Shown here one piece after another: positions 1-13,078 of a DNA stretch of 64,000 bases. The stretch covers positions 3,398,522 to 3,462,521 of the forward strand of contig OZ037766.1 of the NCBI GenBank assembly GCA_964035545.1. Direction: 5' to 3'. Within the stretch, counting starts at the first letter, position 1. The number at the start of each line of letters is the position of its first letter. The notes under the pieces were generated by a model. The model had not been told where the DNA came from. It did not search any database and saw only the letters and a list, made by a program, of their open reading frames with translations. This stretch comes from Bugula neritina. Its lineage: Eukaryota > Animalia > Bryozoa. The translations under genes and the position numbers were made by a program.

Positions 1-658
1 AACAATAAAATGTACAGAGATCCAGCAATGATAAACACACCAAGTGTGGCGTACTTGCAAGGGTCTTCATACAAGCTTTTTACAAGAGGCTCGGCATATA
101 TAACAAATCCTGTAGCTAAACCAGAGCAAGCATCTTGCTGGTTGTCACAATCCCTTCGAAAGGGTATGTAGACATTCTTAATCCTGTCGACTAGTTGATT
201 AATTTCAGCATTTATTTTATTCCTCCGATCTTCAGGCATGTTTTCTCCCATGTAAGCTTCTATATCCCTGCTAGCAGTTGTGAAATAGTCATTCATTTGA
301 TTTATAAAAATGCTTTCGACTGAATCCAAACCTTTGCATTCGATTATAGCCATAGTAAGATCATTGGCTATTTGTTGAATCTGCTTATCTGCATCAGATG
401 GTGTGGAATCTAAATAAAATAAAATACTTATTACATAACTCTATACTTAATACAACAGTTTCATCTAAATAAATAGCCTAGCTTGTTATTACTAAATAAA
501 AAAAAATTGCTGATAGTCGGGTTCGAACCCTGACACTGTTTTTTTGCTAGCAGTCAAGTAAACATTGTAGAAGGATAGTCAAAACTTGATGTTGCAATAA
601 ATAGTGAGAAATAGTAACTCAATAAGCATAAATTATGTTCTATACACTTACCTGCCAT
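1..658 (-). CDS. Cry delta-endotoxin domain I-like family, paralog A (3'-partial; exons 658-652 and 409-<1)
   Basis: Not in ORF track. Reverse strand ATGGCAG|gtaagt at 658-652, acceptor tttag at 411-410, then an open frame to the window edge: MADSTPSDADKQIQQIANDLTMAIIECKGLDSVESIFINQMNDYF...INAEINQLVDRIKNVYIPFRRDCDNQQDACSGLATGFVIYAEPLVKSLYEDPCKYATLGVFIIAGSLYILL. Aligns by eye with the 39113 ORF (KNTYIPFRSSWTNQQEV...YAEPLL...LLGVFIIVCNLYLLML). Confidence 0.85.
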
Positions 659-3600
659 GTTGAAATCCTTGAAACGGCTGCACTACGAATAACTGTGATA
701 GTGAAGGTCTATATAAGCAAGCGAGCTTTATCAAGCAAGTATATAGCTAAAAAGCTTTCACAATCAGCAATGAAAACAAAAGCTTTTTTAGCTTAATTCT
801 CATTAATAATTTAGACTGAGGTCCACATGTTACAATAGTCCCATCTTTATTCAAAGTTGCTTTTACTTGTTACGGCTTGAAAAAGTTTTCTATATAATAT
901 AACCAGTTTACATTTCCCCTTGCAGTTATATATAAAGCTGCATAATTATACAGTCTATATTATAGCATGCATTTCTAAGTCCCTTTTTATTTGGTTATTT
1001 TCAACAATATATTATTATAACTTAGCAAATAATATTTAAGTTTTTCTAAACTTACTCATTTCAGACATAAATTGTAAAAATCATGCATTTTAATGTCTAT
1101 GCAAAATCACAGTTCAGGTCAAAACATGTGGAATTGATTATTTGTTATTGTGATTTGAGTATTTTTTTATCTTTTCTTTATATTGTCCACCTTTGCTTTC
1201 AGCAACACAAAGCTTTACCTAGCTTAAAACCTTCAATTTTCTTTAATAATTTAGGCTTGATTTGGTTTGAAACAATAAGAAAGGCTATCAAACTCCTACA
1301 TAATTATCATAAGAAGCTATACTGTGCTATCACAAACAAATCAATTCTTCTAACCTTTACATATGACAAGGAGTCAACATTAATCTATTTTATTCAGAGA
1401 ATAGGAAGAGCAAATGCTTGCTGACATCTCATCTGTTGTACTCTGAATGTACTAATCTATTAATAGATCAGCAACTACAAAGTTTGCAGAAATGTAGATA
1501 TATCAACCAATAACATAAGTAAAGACTTATAGCCAGTTAGGTGAATGTGAAACTTATTAAACGTGTGTGTCTGGTAAAAAATGCTATGCTTTGATAGCTC
1601 AGAATTCTCTTGCATATTTTAATAGTTGGAGTTGTCAGCACATTATATAATAGTTAAAGGTTAGAGTTATCTATCAGCAGTTCTGCATGCTTAGCAGATA
1701 ACTCCAACTCTGCAAAAAGTTATGAAATACCCCATTTTGAGATACTATAATTTTGCAAAATGGTGGGCGTGGCCAAACATCTCTAAAACCTGAAAAGATA
1801 AATCAAAATAAAACAAACAAATTTTAAATTTTTTGGGACAGCAAAGTTTGCATATTATAGAATAAACTAGATTTATAAATTTCAGTTTTGTTGCCACTTT
1901 TCTACTTTTAAGTATGCGTGATGACTACTTTAAATATAACAGAAAGTTTTTGAATAAACATATAGTTTAGGGATAACTAGTTTAGAATTGTAGAAAAGAT
2001 GCTACGTTATACTGCCAAACATCCTAACAATGAAAGTGGTAAAAGCTATGCTCACGTTGAAACAAAAGCTGTTGATTTACAAAGTGTTTAGCAACCACAT
2101 TGTCCTATGTGACAAACCAGTTGAATGTGGTAAAGATATTTCTATTTTTGGAAAATTTGATTTCCGTTTTTTCACAATGACAGCTACAGATAAAATAATA
2201 ATTAATAATAAAGAAGATGGAAGCATTTAAAAATCAATCTGTTGACTAAAAAGAAAAATTACTTTTATCTAAAGTCATTTCATGATTGCAACACCAAATA
2301 CAATACAGTAACTCAAATTAATTTTATTTGTCACATTGAGTAATAAGTCATGAGCTATGAACAGCACTAAGAATTATAATCTCATTTAATCTCTTAAAAT
2401 TTTCATCATTTCCTGTGACCTATAGTTTTTTATGTAATTGTTTTACAAATCAATCTGCATTCTTTTTATGAGATACCCAAAAAGTTATTGTTATGGCAGC
2501 AGTTAATATACATTAAAATATTAAAATAATATGCACAATTATCTACTATTAAAATGCATTAATAAAGCATTAATAAAGTTGTAAAAAAGCAGTAGAAATA
2601 TTTGGAAGATAATAAAATGATTAATAAAGTAAATCTAAATAAAATATTCAGTTTCAACTTTTCAGCCTCACTTTTCTGTCTACATTGAGCAGGTGAGTAA
2701 ATTATATCCTAATGCCAGTATTACAAAGTCTGTGGAAAAATAGTATTTGGAGTAGGTTTTTAAACTACATGTATTTCCATCTGTTAATAAAAGTTTATTA
2801 AAACTAGGCAAAAAGATGATTACGGTTATATAGCTAGCTACCTTATTGAAAATAGTTTTCTGCAGCTTTTCTATCTTATCTTGGTTTTTCTGAATTATAG
2901 AGGGAGTACACCATTATATAGTTAACTTAATGGATTTATCACCACACATTATAACACAGCCTTAACGTTGCCAAAGTAAACACATGTGGTCTGTCATTAC
3001 GCATATACTTTGTTTTATAATATGTTTTGCTTAGTTAAATAGATTGAAATTACTGGACGCAATTGGTTAAAAATGGCTTTCTGATGTAAAAGACTATGTC
3101 ATAAATCCAATAGTGAGTAAACTGTCAAAATATTTTCATTTTAGTGAAGTTTAAATGAGCAAACCTTAATTCTCTGTCTTAGAGCTATCGATTTTTATGA
3201 ACTAATCTAGAAAACTTTGTTCATTTATTGAATATTGTAAAATAAACTATTCAAAGTTTAATAAAATCACAATTTAAAATCAATTTACAAATTAAATTAC
3301 TATAGCGTTTTTAGGCTATGGCATTATTATAATATAACATATCATGAACTAAAGTTTATTTCAAGTTTTTTGCCAAATATGGCTAAATCGAAAAATTATT
3401 CTAGAACTTTTGAGGGAATAACATTACCTGCCAATGACTTGCTAAAATTTTGAAACATAGTTCTATCTGTAATGAAAATAGTTTGTCCTTTAGCTGGACA
3501 TTGAATTTCTGTTGTATCATGCAGCTTTAATTGAATATGTTGGCTTGTCATAAACTTGGCAAGTATATAAATTTTTCTGCCACACTTGTTTATCCGTTTT

Positions 3601-3789
3601 GAGCTTGATACATTATTGTATGCACGAGCTGCGTCTTTGCTACTAATAATAATAAGGTCATGAATTTTACTTCATAGTTTTGTCTGCAATAAAACTGATA
3701 GCTATGAGCTAATAAAAAGAGACAAGCGTTATTACATTTATATCAATATCTTTGACAGGTTTTAAAAAAATTTAAGTTATATTACATAT

Positions 3790-3910
3790 TGTTATATTTT
3801 GGCTCCGCCCATTTATTCAATATTGTATATCCGGTTTTTGTTAGTTGTAACGCTGCGCATACCAGCGTGGTTTTATTCAATTGAAAATATACCTCAGTGA
3901 ATATATAACA
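3790..3910 (+). repeat. 5' LTR (121 bp)
   Basis: TGTTATATTTTGGCTCCGCCC...GAATATATAACA; differs from the 3' LTR by one substitution and a 2-bp indel. Confidence 0.96.
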
Positions 3911-3913
3911 AGC

Positions 3914-3929
3914 TGGCGACGATTGATGG
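3914..3929 (+). promoter_or_regulatory. Primer-binding site (probably tRNA-Ser)
   Basis: TGGCGACGATTGATGG 3 nt after the 5' LTR; close to the TGGCGACGAGGATGG complement of the tRNA-Ser(GCU) 3' end. Confidence 0.8.
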
Positions 3930-3971
3930 TCTTTATTTTTATTATTTTGAACTCAATATTTTTCTCTAACT

Positions 3972-5198
3972 ATGCCCGTGGGCAACATAAGTGAATTCAA
4001 GCAGGACACAGAAGATTGGTCTACTTATAAGACCAGATTTACGTCATGGCTAATAGTGAATGATATTAATGAAAATGAAAAGCGAAAGGCAGCTTTTATT
4101 GCTATGCTTGGGAGTGAAGCTGTAAGCCTATTAGTAAGCTTATCAGCCCCTACATCAATCAACGAAATAAATTATACTGGCTTGCTGGAGCTGTTTGACC
4201 ATCATTTTGGAGCTAAGAATGAGGTAGCAGAAGCGTATGTATTTGATACCAGAACGCAATCACCTACTGAGTCAGTGTCTGACTTTATTCTGGCTCTCAA
4301 AGCACTGTCTACACACTGCAACTTCGGACCCACTGAGCAGTTAAAACAAAAGCTACGGAACAGGCTTGTGGCTGGTGTCAGGTCTGACACAATCAGACAA
4401 GCATTGATAAGAGAAGGCACAACTCTGACATGGGATAATGCTGTGACTTTAGCGAAGCAAATGGACGATTATCAGTCAAGTGCTATGGCTAAACAAGCAC
4501 TGCCATCAGAACCTGTGAATGCAGTCTATTCGGAAAGACAACCCACCAACAGAGGTCCTCATGCTTCAAGGTCCCAGGCCTCGAACAGTCACACAGCCCC
4601 ACGCCTGGGACCGCCATTATTCGCAGCTAAGTATTCTAACAGTAATTATAACACAAAATGTTGGAGATGTGGTAGAGGTCATCATCCAGCTAGATGCAGG
4701 TTTAAAGATGCTAATTGCCACTCTTGTGGGAAAAGAGGACACATTAAACCCATGTGTAATGGAGAGAGAGTTCAAACAAATATTGCTCAACAATATCATC
4801 CTGTACATTCATATGAAAGTGATTTATCATCAGACATGGCTAATATTGGAATAGCTAGCACTCTTTTGGCAGAAAAATCTAATTTATCTAATCCATATTC
4901 TGTTACTTTGCAAATTAATGATGCTAATGTCAATATGGAAATCGACACTGGTGCTTCAGTCTCATTAATTCCCTATTCTCTGTATCAGAAACATTTTAGC
5001 AATGTAAAACTTTCACCTTCTAATGTAAAATTTTGTAGCTTCACTGGAGATGTGGTGAATTGCAAAGGTAAAATGGAAGTGAATGTCAAACATTTGGCCA
5101 GACTAAACGGATGTGGCTTCATGTGCTTGGTGCATCAAAGTTTGCCCTGTTGGGAAGAGACTGGCTGGGAGAGTTGCAAATTAATTGGCAAGCCATAA
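3972..5198 (+). pseudogene. gag: Gag plus aspartic protease portion of the retrotransposon polyprotein
   Basis: CWRCGRGHHPARC and CHSCGKRGHIKPMC zinc knuckles; protease motif MEIDTGAS; frameshift near 5095 separates it from the RT frame. Confidence 0.92.
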
Positions 5199-8022
5199 AG
5201 AGCGTGGTAAGTTCATCGGTAAATGGCATAGAACAATTGCTGGCTGCGTACTCTGATATTTTTAAAGGTCAAGGTTTGCTAAAAGGTTCACCAGTCAAGC
5301 TTGAGTTGGTTGATGGCGCTACCCCCAAATGCTCTAAACCTTACAGAGTGCCTATTGCACTTCAGTCTGTAGTAGATAAGGAGCTTGATAGGCTAATTAA
5401 TGAAGGAATTTTGACACCTGTTGAACACAGTAGCGGGTCCACTAGCTTACTCTTTATCCCCAAACCTGACGGCTCGATCAGACCTTGTGGTGATTTTAAG
5501 TCAACACTCAACCCTCTTCTTAAGGAAGTAGCACCACCTCAAATAAACATGGAAAATATTCTGTGTGGTTTAGCAGAAAACAAATATTTCTCAAACTTAG
5601 ATTTTGCCCAAGCATATAATCAGATGGTCATACATGAGTCATCCAAAGAGTTGCTAACACTGGTCACCCATAGGGGCTTGTATCAGTATAACAGACTGCC
5701 GTATGGTATCAAGACTGCTCCGTCCTTGTGGCAAAATGCCATATAACATGTGCTTAAGGGTATAGAGGGTGTTCATATATATTATGATAACATATTGGTT
5801 GCAGGGCGAACTGTAGAGGAACATAACCATAGGCTAGAGTTGGTTTTCAAACGTATAAAAGAACATGGTTTGAAATTAAAGCACTCAAAATGTTCTTTTC
5901 TGAAGCCAGAAGTGAAATATCTTGGTCACATAATTAATGGTGAGGGCATTAGGCCAATTCCTGCCAAGTTAGATAGCATCCTTGAAACTGAGGCACCTAA
6001 GGATAAATCGAAAGTGAGATTTTAAGTGGGCCTACTGAATTTTTACAGGCATTACTTGCCCAACCTTGCTGCGACTGTTGCCCCTTTGAATGCTTTGCTT
6101 GAGGCCAATGCTAAATTTGTTTAGGATAAGACGGCCCAGAATGCTTTTGAAAAATCTAAAAACTTATTGAGAGAAAGTAAGCTGCTAGTTCACTTTAACC
6201 CAAACTTGCCTGTGAAACTAACGTGTGATGCCTCAAGAGTAGGCATAGCAGCAGTTCTTTCACACGTTATTGATGATGTAGAACGCCCCATACAATTTAC
6301 ATCTCGAAAATTAACATCTGCGCAGGTTTTGTATCCACAAATAGAGCGAGAAGGTTTGGCTGTTGTTTTTGGGTTAGAAAAATTTAGGCATTTCTTATAT
6401 GGGTGGAAGTTTACTCTAGTGAAGGACAATCAGGCTCTAAGTAGAATATTTGCCCCAGAGAGGGGGCTTCCGGTTATGACAGCAGAGCGTATTCAAAGGT
6501 GGGCTTTAAAGCTTTCAGGATATGATTACACTGTTGAGTGGCGCAGAAGCAAAGATAATATGGCAGATTTTCTTTCCTGGTATCCTGATTCAGTAGCTGC
6601 TAGTAAATTGAATGAAGAACCCCATGCCTTTATTTTTAAAGTTGATATCTTGGACTTCCTATCACTTCCTTACAGGTTGCTAAGCTCACTGCTAAAGACC
6701 CAACACTGTGTAACGTATTCAGACTAGTGAGAGAGGGCTGGCCTCAAAAATTGTGTGAGGCCGACTGGGATCTGAACCCTTTCTTTGCTAGGAGAAATGA
6801 GCTATCTATTATGTCAGGAGTAGTTATGTGGGAAAATCGAGTAGTTATCCCACGTTCTCTTCAAAACCCTCTGTTAAAGGAATTGCATGTTGAGCATTTA
6901 GGTATATGTAAAATGAAATCTGTAGCAAGGTCATTTATGTGGTGGCCAGGTTTAGATAAAAATATTGAAGCAACTAGCAGGTCTTGTGATTCATGCATGT
7001 CTATGAGTAATGACCCTAAAGCAGTTAATACACACCCATGGCTACCCACAACTCGACCATATCAGCGCATTCATATTGACTATGCTGGTCCTGTAGAAGG
7101 TCATATGTTACTAGTAGTGGTGGATTCATATTCTAAGTGGCCTGAAGTGTGTGTTACAAAATCTACCACTTGCCAAAGTACTATAAACATGCTTGGGTTA
7201 ATCTTTGCTAGATGGGGTGTGCCTATGGAGCTGGTCAGTGACAACGGACCACAATTTTGTAGCGAAGAGTTTGAAGCCTTTTTGGCACATTTGAGCATCA
7301 AGCATAAGAAAAGTGCACCCTATCATCCAGCCACTAATGGTTTAGCAGAGCGGTTTGTACAAACAGTCAAAAGTGCTCTAAGGGTCTCTCAAGGTTTAGA
7401 TTTACAGTATCGGTTAGACAGGTTTTTGTTGGCTTATCATAATGCTCCTCACTCGACTACTGGTGAGAGCCCTGCAACTTTAATGCTTGGTCGAACATTG
7501 AGAACAAAGCTTGATTGCTTAAAGCCTGACATAACATCAAAACTACATGATGCAGGTCCTATAGTTATACACCGTAAATTTGACATAGGCTCAGATGTTT
7601 GGGTGAGGTGTTACTTTGGAACTGTTAAATGGAAAAAAGGGGTAATAATTGACCAGGTTGGCTGGTTGTGTTATTTCGTACAGGTAGGAGAAAAAAAATG
7701 GAAACACCATGTAGACCAACTCAAGCACCGGGAAGTGAAAATAGCTAATGACCAAAATGAAACCACTCCTTTAGATATCAGTGTTCAGCCATTTACCGGT
7801 GTGCCATGTGATTTAATTTCTAGGAACACACCTCCTTCATTAAGCCATTTGCCGCCAGTCTCTGCACCTCAAACAGGTCCAACCTCTGAGCACATGGAGC
7901 CTCATCCTGATAGTTTTCAAACTCCTGCAACTGTGAGTACACCTTCAGCACCTGTCACCACACCTCCAGAGCCAAGGCGTTCAAATAGGATACGTAAGCC
8001 AAGAGTGCTGTTAGACTTATAA
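5111..8022 (+). pseudogene. pol: Pol (RT, RNase H, integrase), disrupted
   Basis: RT motifs LDFAQAYNQ, RLPYG, YYDN (catalytic YxDD mutated); RNase H TCDAS, IEREGLA; integrase HHCC, IHIDYAG, SDNGPQF, AERFVQT. In-frame stops at 5744, 6023 and 6122 and a frameshift near 6645. Confidence 0.93.
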
Positions 8023-8132
8023 TACTTTTAATTTTATTATTTTACAGTGACATTGTTCTTTCATTTCTTTCTGTCTTACTTTGGATTTATTACTTGTTTT
8101 GTTTCTTAAATGTTTTGTAAGTCAAGCTTTGT

Positions 8133-8142
8133 AAAGGGAGAA
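8133..8142 (+). promoter_or_regulatory. Polypurine tract
   Basis: AAAGGGAGAA just before the 3' LTR. Confidence 0.85.
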
Positions 8143-8144
8143 TC

Positions 8145-8263
8145 TGTTATATTTTGGCTCCGCCCATTTATTCAATATTGTATATCCGGTTTTTGTTAGT
8201 TGTAACGCTGCGCATACCAGCGTGGTTTTATTCAATTAAAAATATACCTCAGTGAATATAACA
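8145..8263 (+). repeat. 3' LTR (119 bp)
   Basis: Near-identical to 3790-3910; followed by CATAT. Confidence 0.96.
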
Positions 8264-8859
8264 CATATTACATATTACAATATAAAACAAAGGAATGTAA
8301 CTTTATTATAGAAGGCAATCGAACAAATAAAAGCTATGTAAATTAACAATTTTGTATTTTGAAAGGTTACATATAATATTGTGATGGTCAATGCTAATTT
8401 ATAATCAATAATCAAAAATTAATTATACATCTATATAGAATCAAAAGGATTAATATGTTATTGTGGCGTTTATAGCTCATCAATATTTTACAAGGCACTG
8501 CTTCTTCAAAGTTCTTTAATTGATAGCTTTTACTGGCACCTGAGCAACATTATTTTTTATATTCTACATGTATAGACTATTTTTTATAATCATGTTGCAA
8601 ATATTTATAGGAAGTGAGAAGCAAAACTTAAAAATATCAATTCTTTCCAGTTACAGCACTATAAATTTTATGTATAAAAAATAAATAAATTTTTAATATA
8701 GAATTCTGGAATAAATTAAGTTTTTTGCATTAAGTTTGTGGCTGTCACATGATTCTTGCCAAGGAAAAATATAAATAGAAAATGGAAGTTTAAATCACCA
8801 TATTTTATAATCTGATCAACATATATGATGGCAAGCCAACTGTCTAATTGTCATGCCAA

Positions 8860-8952
8860 GGTGGTCATTTATGATGCTGATTTTGTGGTATAAAAGAAAG
8901 GGAAATCTTCAAGTGAAAGCAAACTACTATTTGTCTCTACATCCAGCAGTTG
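8860..8952 (+). promoter_or_regulatory. Promoter and non-coding exon 1, peptide gene copy 1 (diverged)
   Basis: GGTGGTCATTTATGATGCT motif, TATAAAAG at 8889, donor cagttg|gtaagt at 8953. Confidence 0.7.
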
Positions 8953-9319
8953 GTAAGTTCATATTGTCACCTAAAAAGTATATTAGGTGTGTATTATTTT
9001 TTTCAAACTTTTAAATTTATTTATTGCTCAACACTTATTTAATATATTGAGCTATTATAATTGTAATATAAAAAATTATTCATATGTGACATCAAATGCT
9101 ATTAAACGTCAATAAAAACAGGCTATGTATACTTTCAAAATCATGTCATCTGGTGTAGTCATTCTTCAAGTTTGAACTGCTAAATATAACTACTTCTTAT
9201 TAAACTAGAAACTTCTATATATAATCCAATAGTTGCTTATGTAACTTTCAATTGTGATTTGTATTATATATATTGTAAAATTATTTTCTTGATGACTGTT
9301 TTAGAATCAAACTATCAAC

Positions 9320-9469
9320 ATGAAGGTTCTTGCATTTTTCTTGGTTGCATTCCTCATCATTGCTGCTGCTACTGCCAGCCCCTGGCCTCACCGGAAGCCC
9401 TACTACCACAGGCCAGTCTACAAACGACCGCATGTCTATGGAAAATACAACAAAGGAATCTACTACTAA
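9320..9469 (+). CDS. Secreted Tyr/Lys/Arg-rich peptide precursor, copy 1 (49 aa)
   Basis: MKVLAFFLVAFLIIAAATA-SPWPHRKPYYHRPVYKRPHVYGKYNKGIYY*; acceptor tttag 14-15 nt before the ATG, CAACATG start context, gtaagt directly after the stop. Confidence 0.9.
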   Translation: MKVLAFFLVAFLIIAAATASPWPHRKPYYHRPVYKRPHVYGKYNKGIYY

Positions 9470-12400
9470 GTAAGTACTCAATATGCTAACATTTAGTAAT
9501 ATTTTTTTAATATTTTCCAAGTGATTGTCTCAGAGTGATTAAATACAATAGGCCCCGCCACAACATACAAGTATTTCTTACCCTAATATTAAATAAAGCA
9601 GCTTAATCTAATATTTTGAAAAAAACCTGCCTGATTTATTTATATTTTTGAAAAAATGATGCTTTAATAAGTCACATGGAAAACTCGCAAACTTTTAATA
9701 GTAGAGAAGACAATCCTCAGCATACTATGAGAAGTCATTAGTCATTTGGAAAATGAATTTACATCAACTTGATTTGACAATATATAGGTGTATAGCTAAA
9801 GAGATATAGCAAAATTGATTTTAAACACTTTCTCTGGAAAGACTCTCTTGCAGCACCCTTATTCACTAAAACAGCGTAAAAAATGTATAGTGTTTTATTA
9901 GCAGTAATCTGGTGAACATACATAATGCATATTAATATAGGCATAACATGATTGCGGAACAGACGAGTATTTTAATATGTTATATAGAAACTAGTTTCAG
10001 CAGCAGCAAACCCACGGCAAGCTTCCATGCAGTGGTAACAAAAAATACTCAGCAGATCTTCATTGTTTTATATATGAATTTCTTTTTATTTGGTATATTT
10101 TCAGAATAAATGAAGCAACTGCTGTGTAAAGCTATAGATTTATCACTTAATAAAGTGACACATAATATAAAACTCAGTTGTGCTAAATTTTGAATTTTTT
10201 TTTTAAATTCCTATTTTATCTTGCATTTGCAGCACCTCAAATTAAAATCACACATATAAACATACTCATTCTCCATTTAATTTTAATAGACAGCTTACAG
10301 TTGAAGCTTTGTTCTTCTCTTTAATTATAAATTGCATTTAAAAATTTGTAATTAATTAGGATTATTTTCTACATTATTAAAAGAATGTGTGCAATGATTC
10401 ACATATATACATACTATATCACATGGTCAAGTATGAATGAAATGTGCCAAATTGAGTTTCAAATAAACAGATTTCTGCTGTCAGACATAACCATAAGTAT
10501 CAAATTTAAACTTTAGAATTAAAACATAAACAAATTTTACCTTATAAATAGACAAAAAATAAAAATTGTTTATTACCATATTATACTAGATTTCCTTATT
10601 GAGCAGTGCCGGTTTTTATTTTAATAGCTTAATATAACTTCTATATATTAGGACATGAAATTTTATGTTTATGCCAACTTTTAGCTCGGGTTGTATTGCT
10701 GTTCTTGTAAATATACAAGTTGTTTACATGCATGTATAATTAATAATGCTTTGTGTGTTGCAGAAAACGTTGGCACACTTTAATATTTTGTATTATTTAA
10801 TGAGAACAATAAAATTGCTGCACCAACCTAATTGTAGATAATGTAATAAGATGAGCTCTATAAAAGTTGTATTGATATAAATATTTTTTCATGCATGTAA
10901 TAAGTGTAAATTCAAATCACATGCCACAAGTTTAAGTTTTAATATTTTTACCTACAATATAGCAAATTCAGCAAATGCTGACATATTAAACTTTAATATC
11001 ACTTTGTTAAGTTATAAATACATGCAGTCAAATTATTGAGCTGTTAAAAAGAGTTGAGGAATTAAATTATTAGAAGTTTGTAAACTGCCACATTTAATCT
11101 GCTACCACAATTATATTTCATAAACTATATTAAATTTTAGGAAGTGAAAGATGTCATTTTGAACGCCTTGCAACTTTTGAGTTATGCATTCCAGCTTGCA
11201 ATAATTGCAAAACAAAAGTTATCAATTGACTAAGCAATCAAAAAAGTTAAAATTTGACTTTTAATTTTATTTTATATCGAGTAATTTTTATAACATTTTT
11301 TTCATTATTAATGTTATAGGCCTATAGTCAGCTTAAAATTTCAATAGTTGTTCAGTGCTTTTCGGCATACAGTATATAATGTGCCAATTCCAAAGACTGA
11401 AATATAATTAAAAACACAATTTGATGTTTTAAATTTGATACAAATATGTTCAATGAAAGATCATATTATATGTATCTTATAGGTTATAGATATAAAGCAG
11501 ACAGATGTAATATAAACTTGATTTAACTCGGTTTAAAGAAATAAAGCAGCAGTTATATCGTGTCTTGAATTGCAGTGGCATGAATCTGCAGAGACTATAT
11601 TGTTATAGCTTAGAGACTGGTTAATCAGACAATTCTTATAAATTGCATTAGTTTTTGAGTGGCCATAAATTTTGCTGCAAATTATATATTGTAAGTTAAA
11701 AACTGTTTTAAAGTAAAACTGCTACGGGACAAAAAATGTGAGCTTTTAGCATAAGCGGTTCAAAAGCTTTTGAATTTAGTTCTATATATAATATAGTCTT
11801 GCAGATTACTTTTCGACTTTGTTTGCTAAAATTATGTTTAAAAACTTCAAGTTAATTATATTTTTTAATAACTATTTGTATATATACTTAACTTGCACAT
11901 GTTTAAATAAAAACCATGCATAAAATAGCTTAGAATTAAACATTTTAGCTTGCTTTTGTATGTAAAACGCAATATTATTTTACTTAAATTTACTGCTAAT
12001 ATATGCAAAAAGATATTTTTTCAAAATAGAGTGGTGGTTTAGTTTTCATAATCTTCTCTTGTCATATTTTTTCTAGTATCAACTTTGTAAAGTTGAAAAG
12101 CTGTTAGTCTGACGGATGATTTAAATTTAAAGAGGGCTGCTTTTTTATTTCAGTTTTTGAAATTCTATGTAATATGCTGAGTTAAAATAACATTGGTTCA
12201 CTGTTTTCTTTACAGCCAAAACATGACTTGCTTTTTGCTAATGTGGAAGTATATTTTAATATCTAAAGATGATAGATTTAAATTAATCAGTGTCTTATAT
12301 TCATGTTTAAAATTTACAAAAAATTGTTGAAATATAAATAAATTTATAAAAGACAAAACAGATTGACTGTCACATCCTGAGTAACGCGTGTATTAATAGA

Positions 12401-12477
12401 ATTGGAAACATAAATTATTATATTAACTTTTCTTCTCCCACCAAGTGAAGTCATAAAGAGTCACCTCCTATACCACA

Positions 12478-12569
12478 GGTGGTCAGTTATGATGCTAAAA
12501 TTGTGTATATAAAGAAGGGAGTTTGGTTGGTGAAAGCAAACTGTTCTATACTCTCTACAAACACAGTTG
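12478..12569 (+). promoter_or_regulatory. Promoter and non-coding exon 1, peptide gene copy 2
   Basis: GGTGGTCAGTTATGATGCT, TATATAAAG at 12506, donor at 12570. Confidence 0.72.
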
Positions 12570-12919
12570 GTAAGTACACTAACATAATACTAGCCTACAA
12601 ACATATTAGTATATAGGAAGCTTGTTTTATAAGTACGTTGTTTTATATTATTTTTTGAATTGGGTTTAATTCATCTGAAATCAGTATTTGATAAAAAAAG
12701 ATTCAATTACGAATATATTTGAATTTGAATTATATAATACCCCTTTTGTGTATATATGTTGCTTTTATGTTTTGCATTTATAGTTCCTTCAGTGAATTTA
12801 TTAGCGAAATTTTTTCATAAAAATAAACATCTATAAAAGATGCTGTCATATATAAACAATATTGTATAAAGTATTTTAATAAACTATTTTGATGACTATT
12901 TTAGAATCAAACTATCAAC

Positions 12920-13078
12920 ATGAAGGTTCTTGCATTTTTCTTGGTTGCATTCCTCATCATTGCTGCTGCTACGGCCAGCTACAGACCTCACCGTAAATCC
13001 TACTACCGCAAGCCCCGCAGGCCAGTCTACAAACGACCACATGTCTATGGAAAATACAACAAAGGAATCTACTACTAA
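12920..13078 (+). CDS. Secreted Tyr/Lys/Arg-rich peptide precursor, copy 2 (52 aa)
   Basis: MKVLAFFLVAFLIIAAATA-SYRPHRKSYYRKPRRPVYKRPHVYGKYNKGIYY*. Confidence 0.92.
   Translation: MKVLAFFLVAFLIIAAATASYRPHRKSYYRKPRRPVYKRPHVYGKYNKGIYY

Larger units (their letters stand above)
3790..8263 (+). mobile_element. Full-length Ty3/gypsy LTR retrotransposon, Mag-like, disabled
   Basis: TG...CA LTRs at 3790-3910 and 8145-8263, 5-bp target duplication CATAT (3785-3789, 8264-8268), PBS, PPT, domain order gag-PR-RT-RNaseH-IN. About 4.5 kb with short LTRs and two CCHC knuckles, as in the Mag clade. Confidence 0.96.

Noticed and set aside
517-532. GGGTTCGAACCC tRNA T-loop/B-box motif in the intron of paralog A
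   Set aside because: No complete cloverleaf around it; at most a SINE fragment.
1083-2230. ORF-track ORFs 1083-1424 and 2030-2230
   Set aside because: AT-rich composition with no recognisable motif; likely chance ORFs.
933-3530. Possible transposon bounded by TAAAGCTGCAT ... ATGCAGCTTTAA
   Set aside because: Only 11 bp of inverted match, no transposase remnant and no empty site for comparison.
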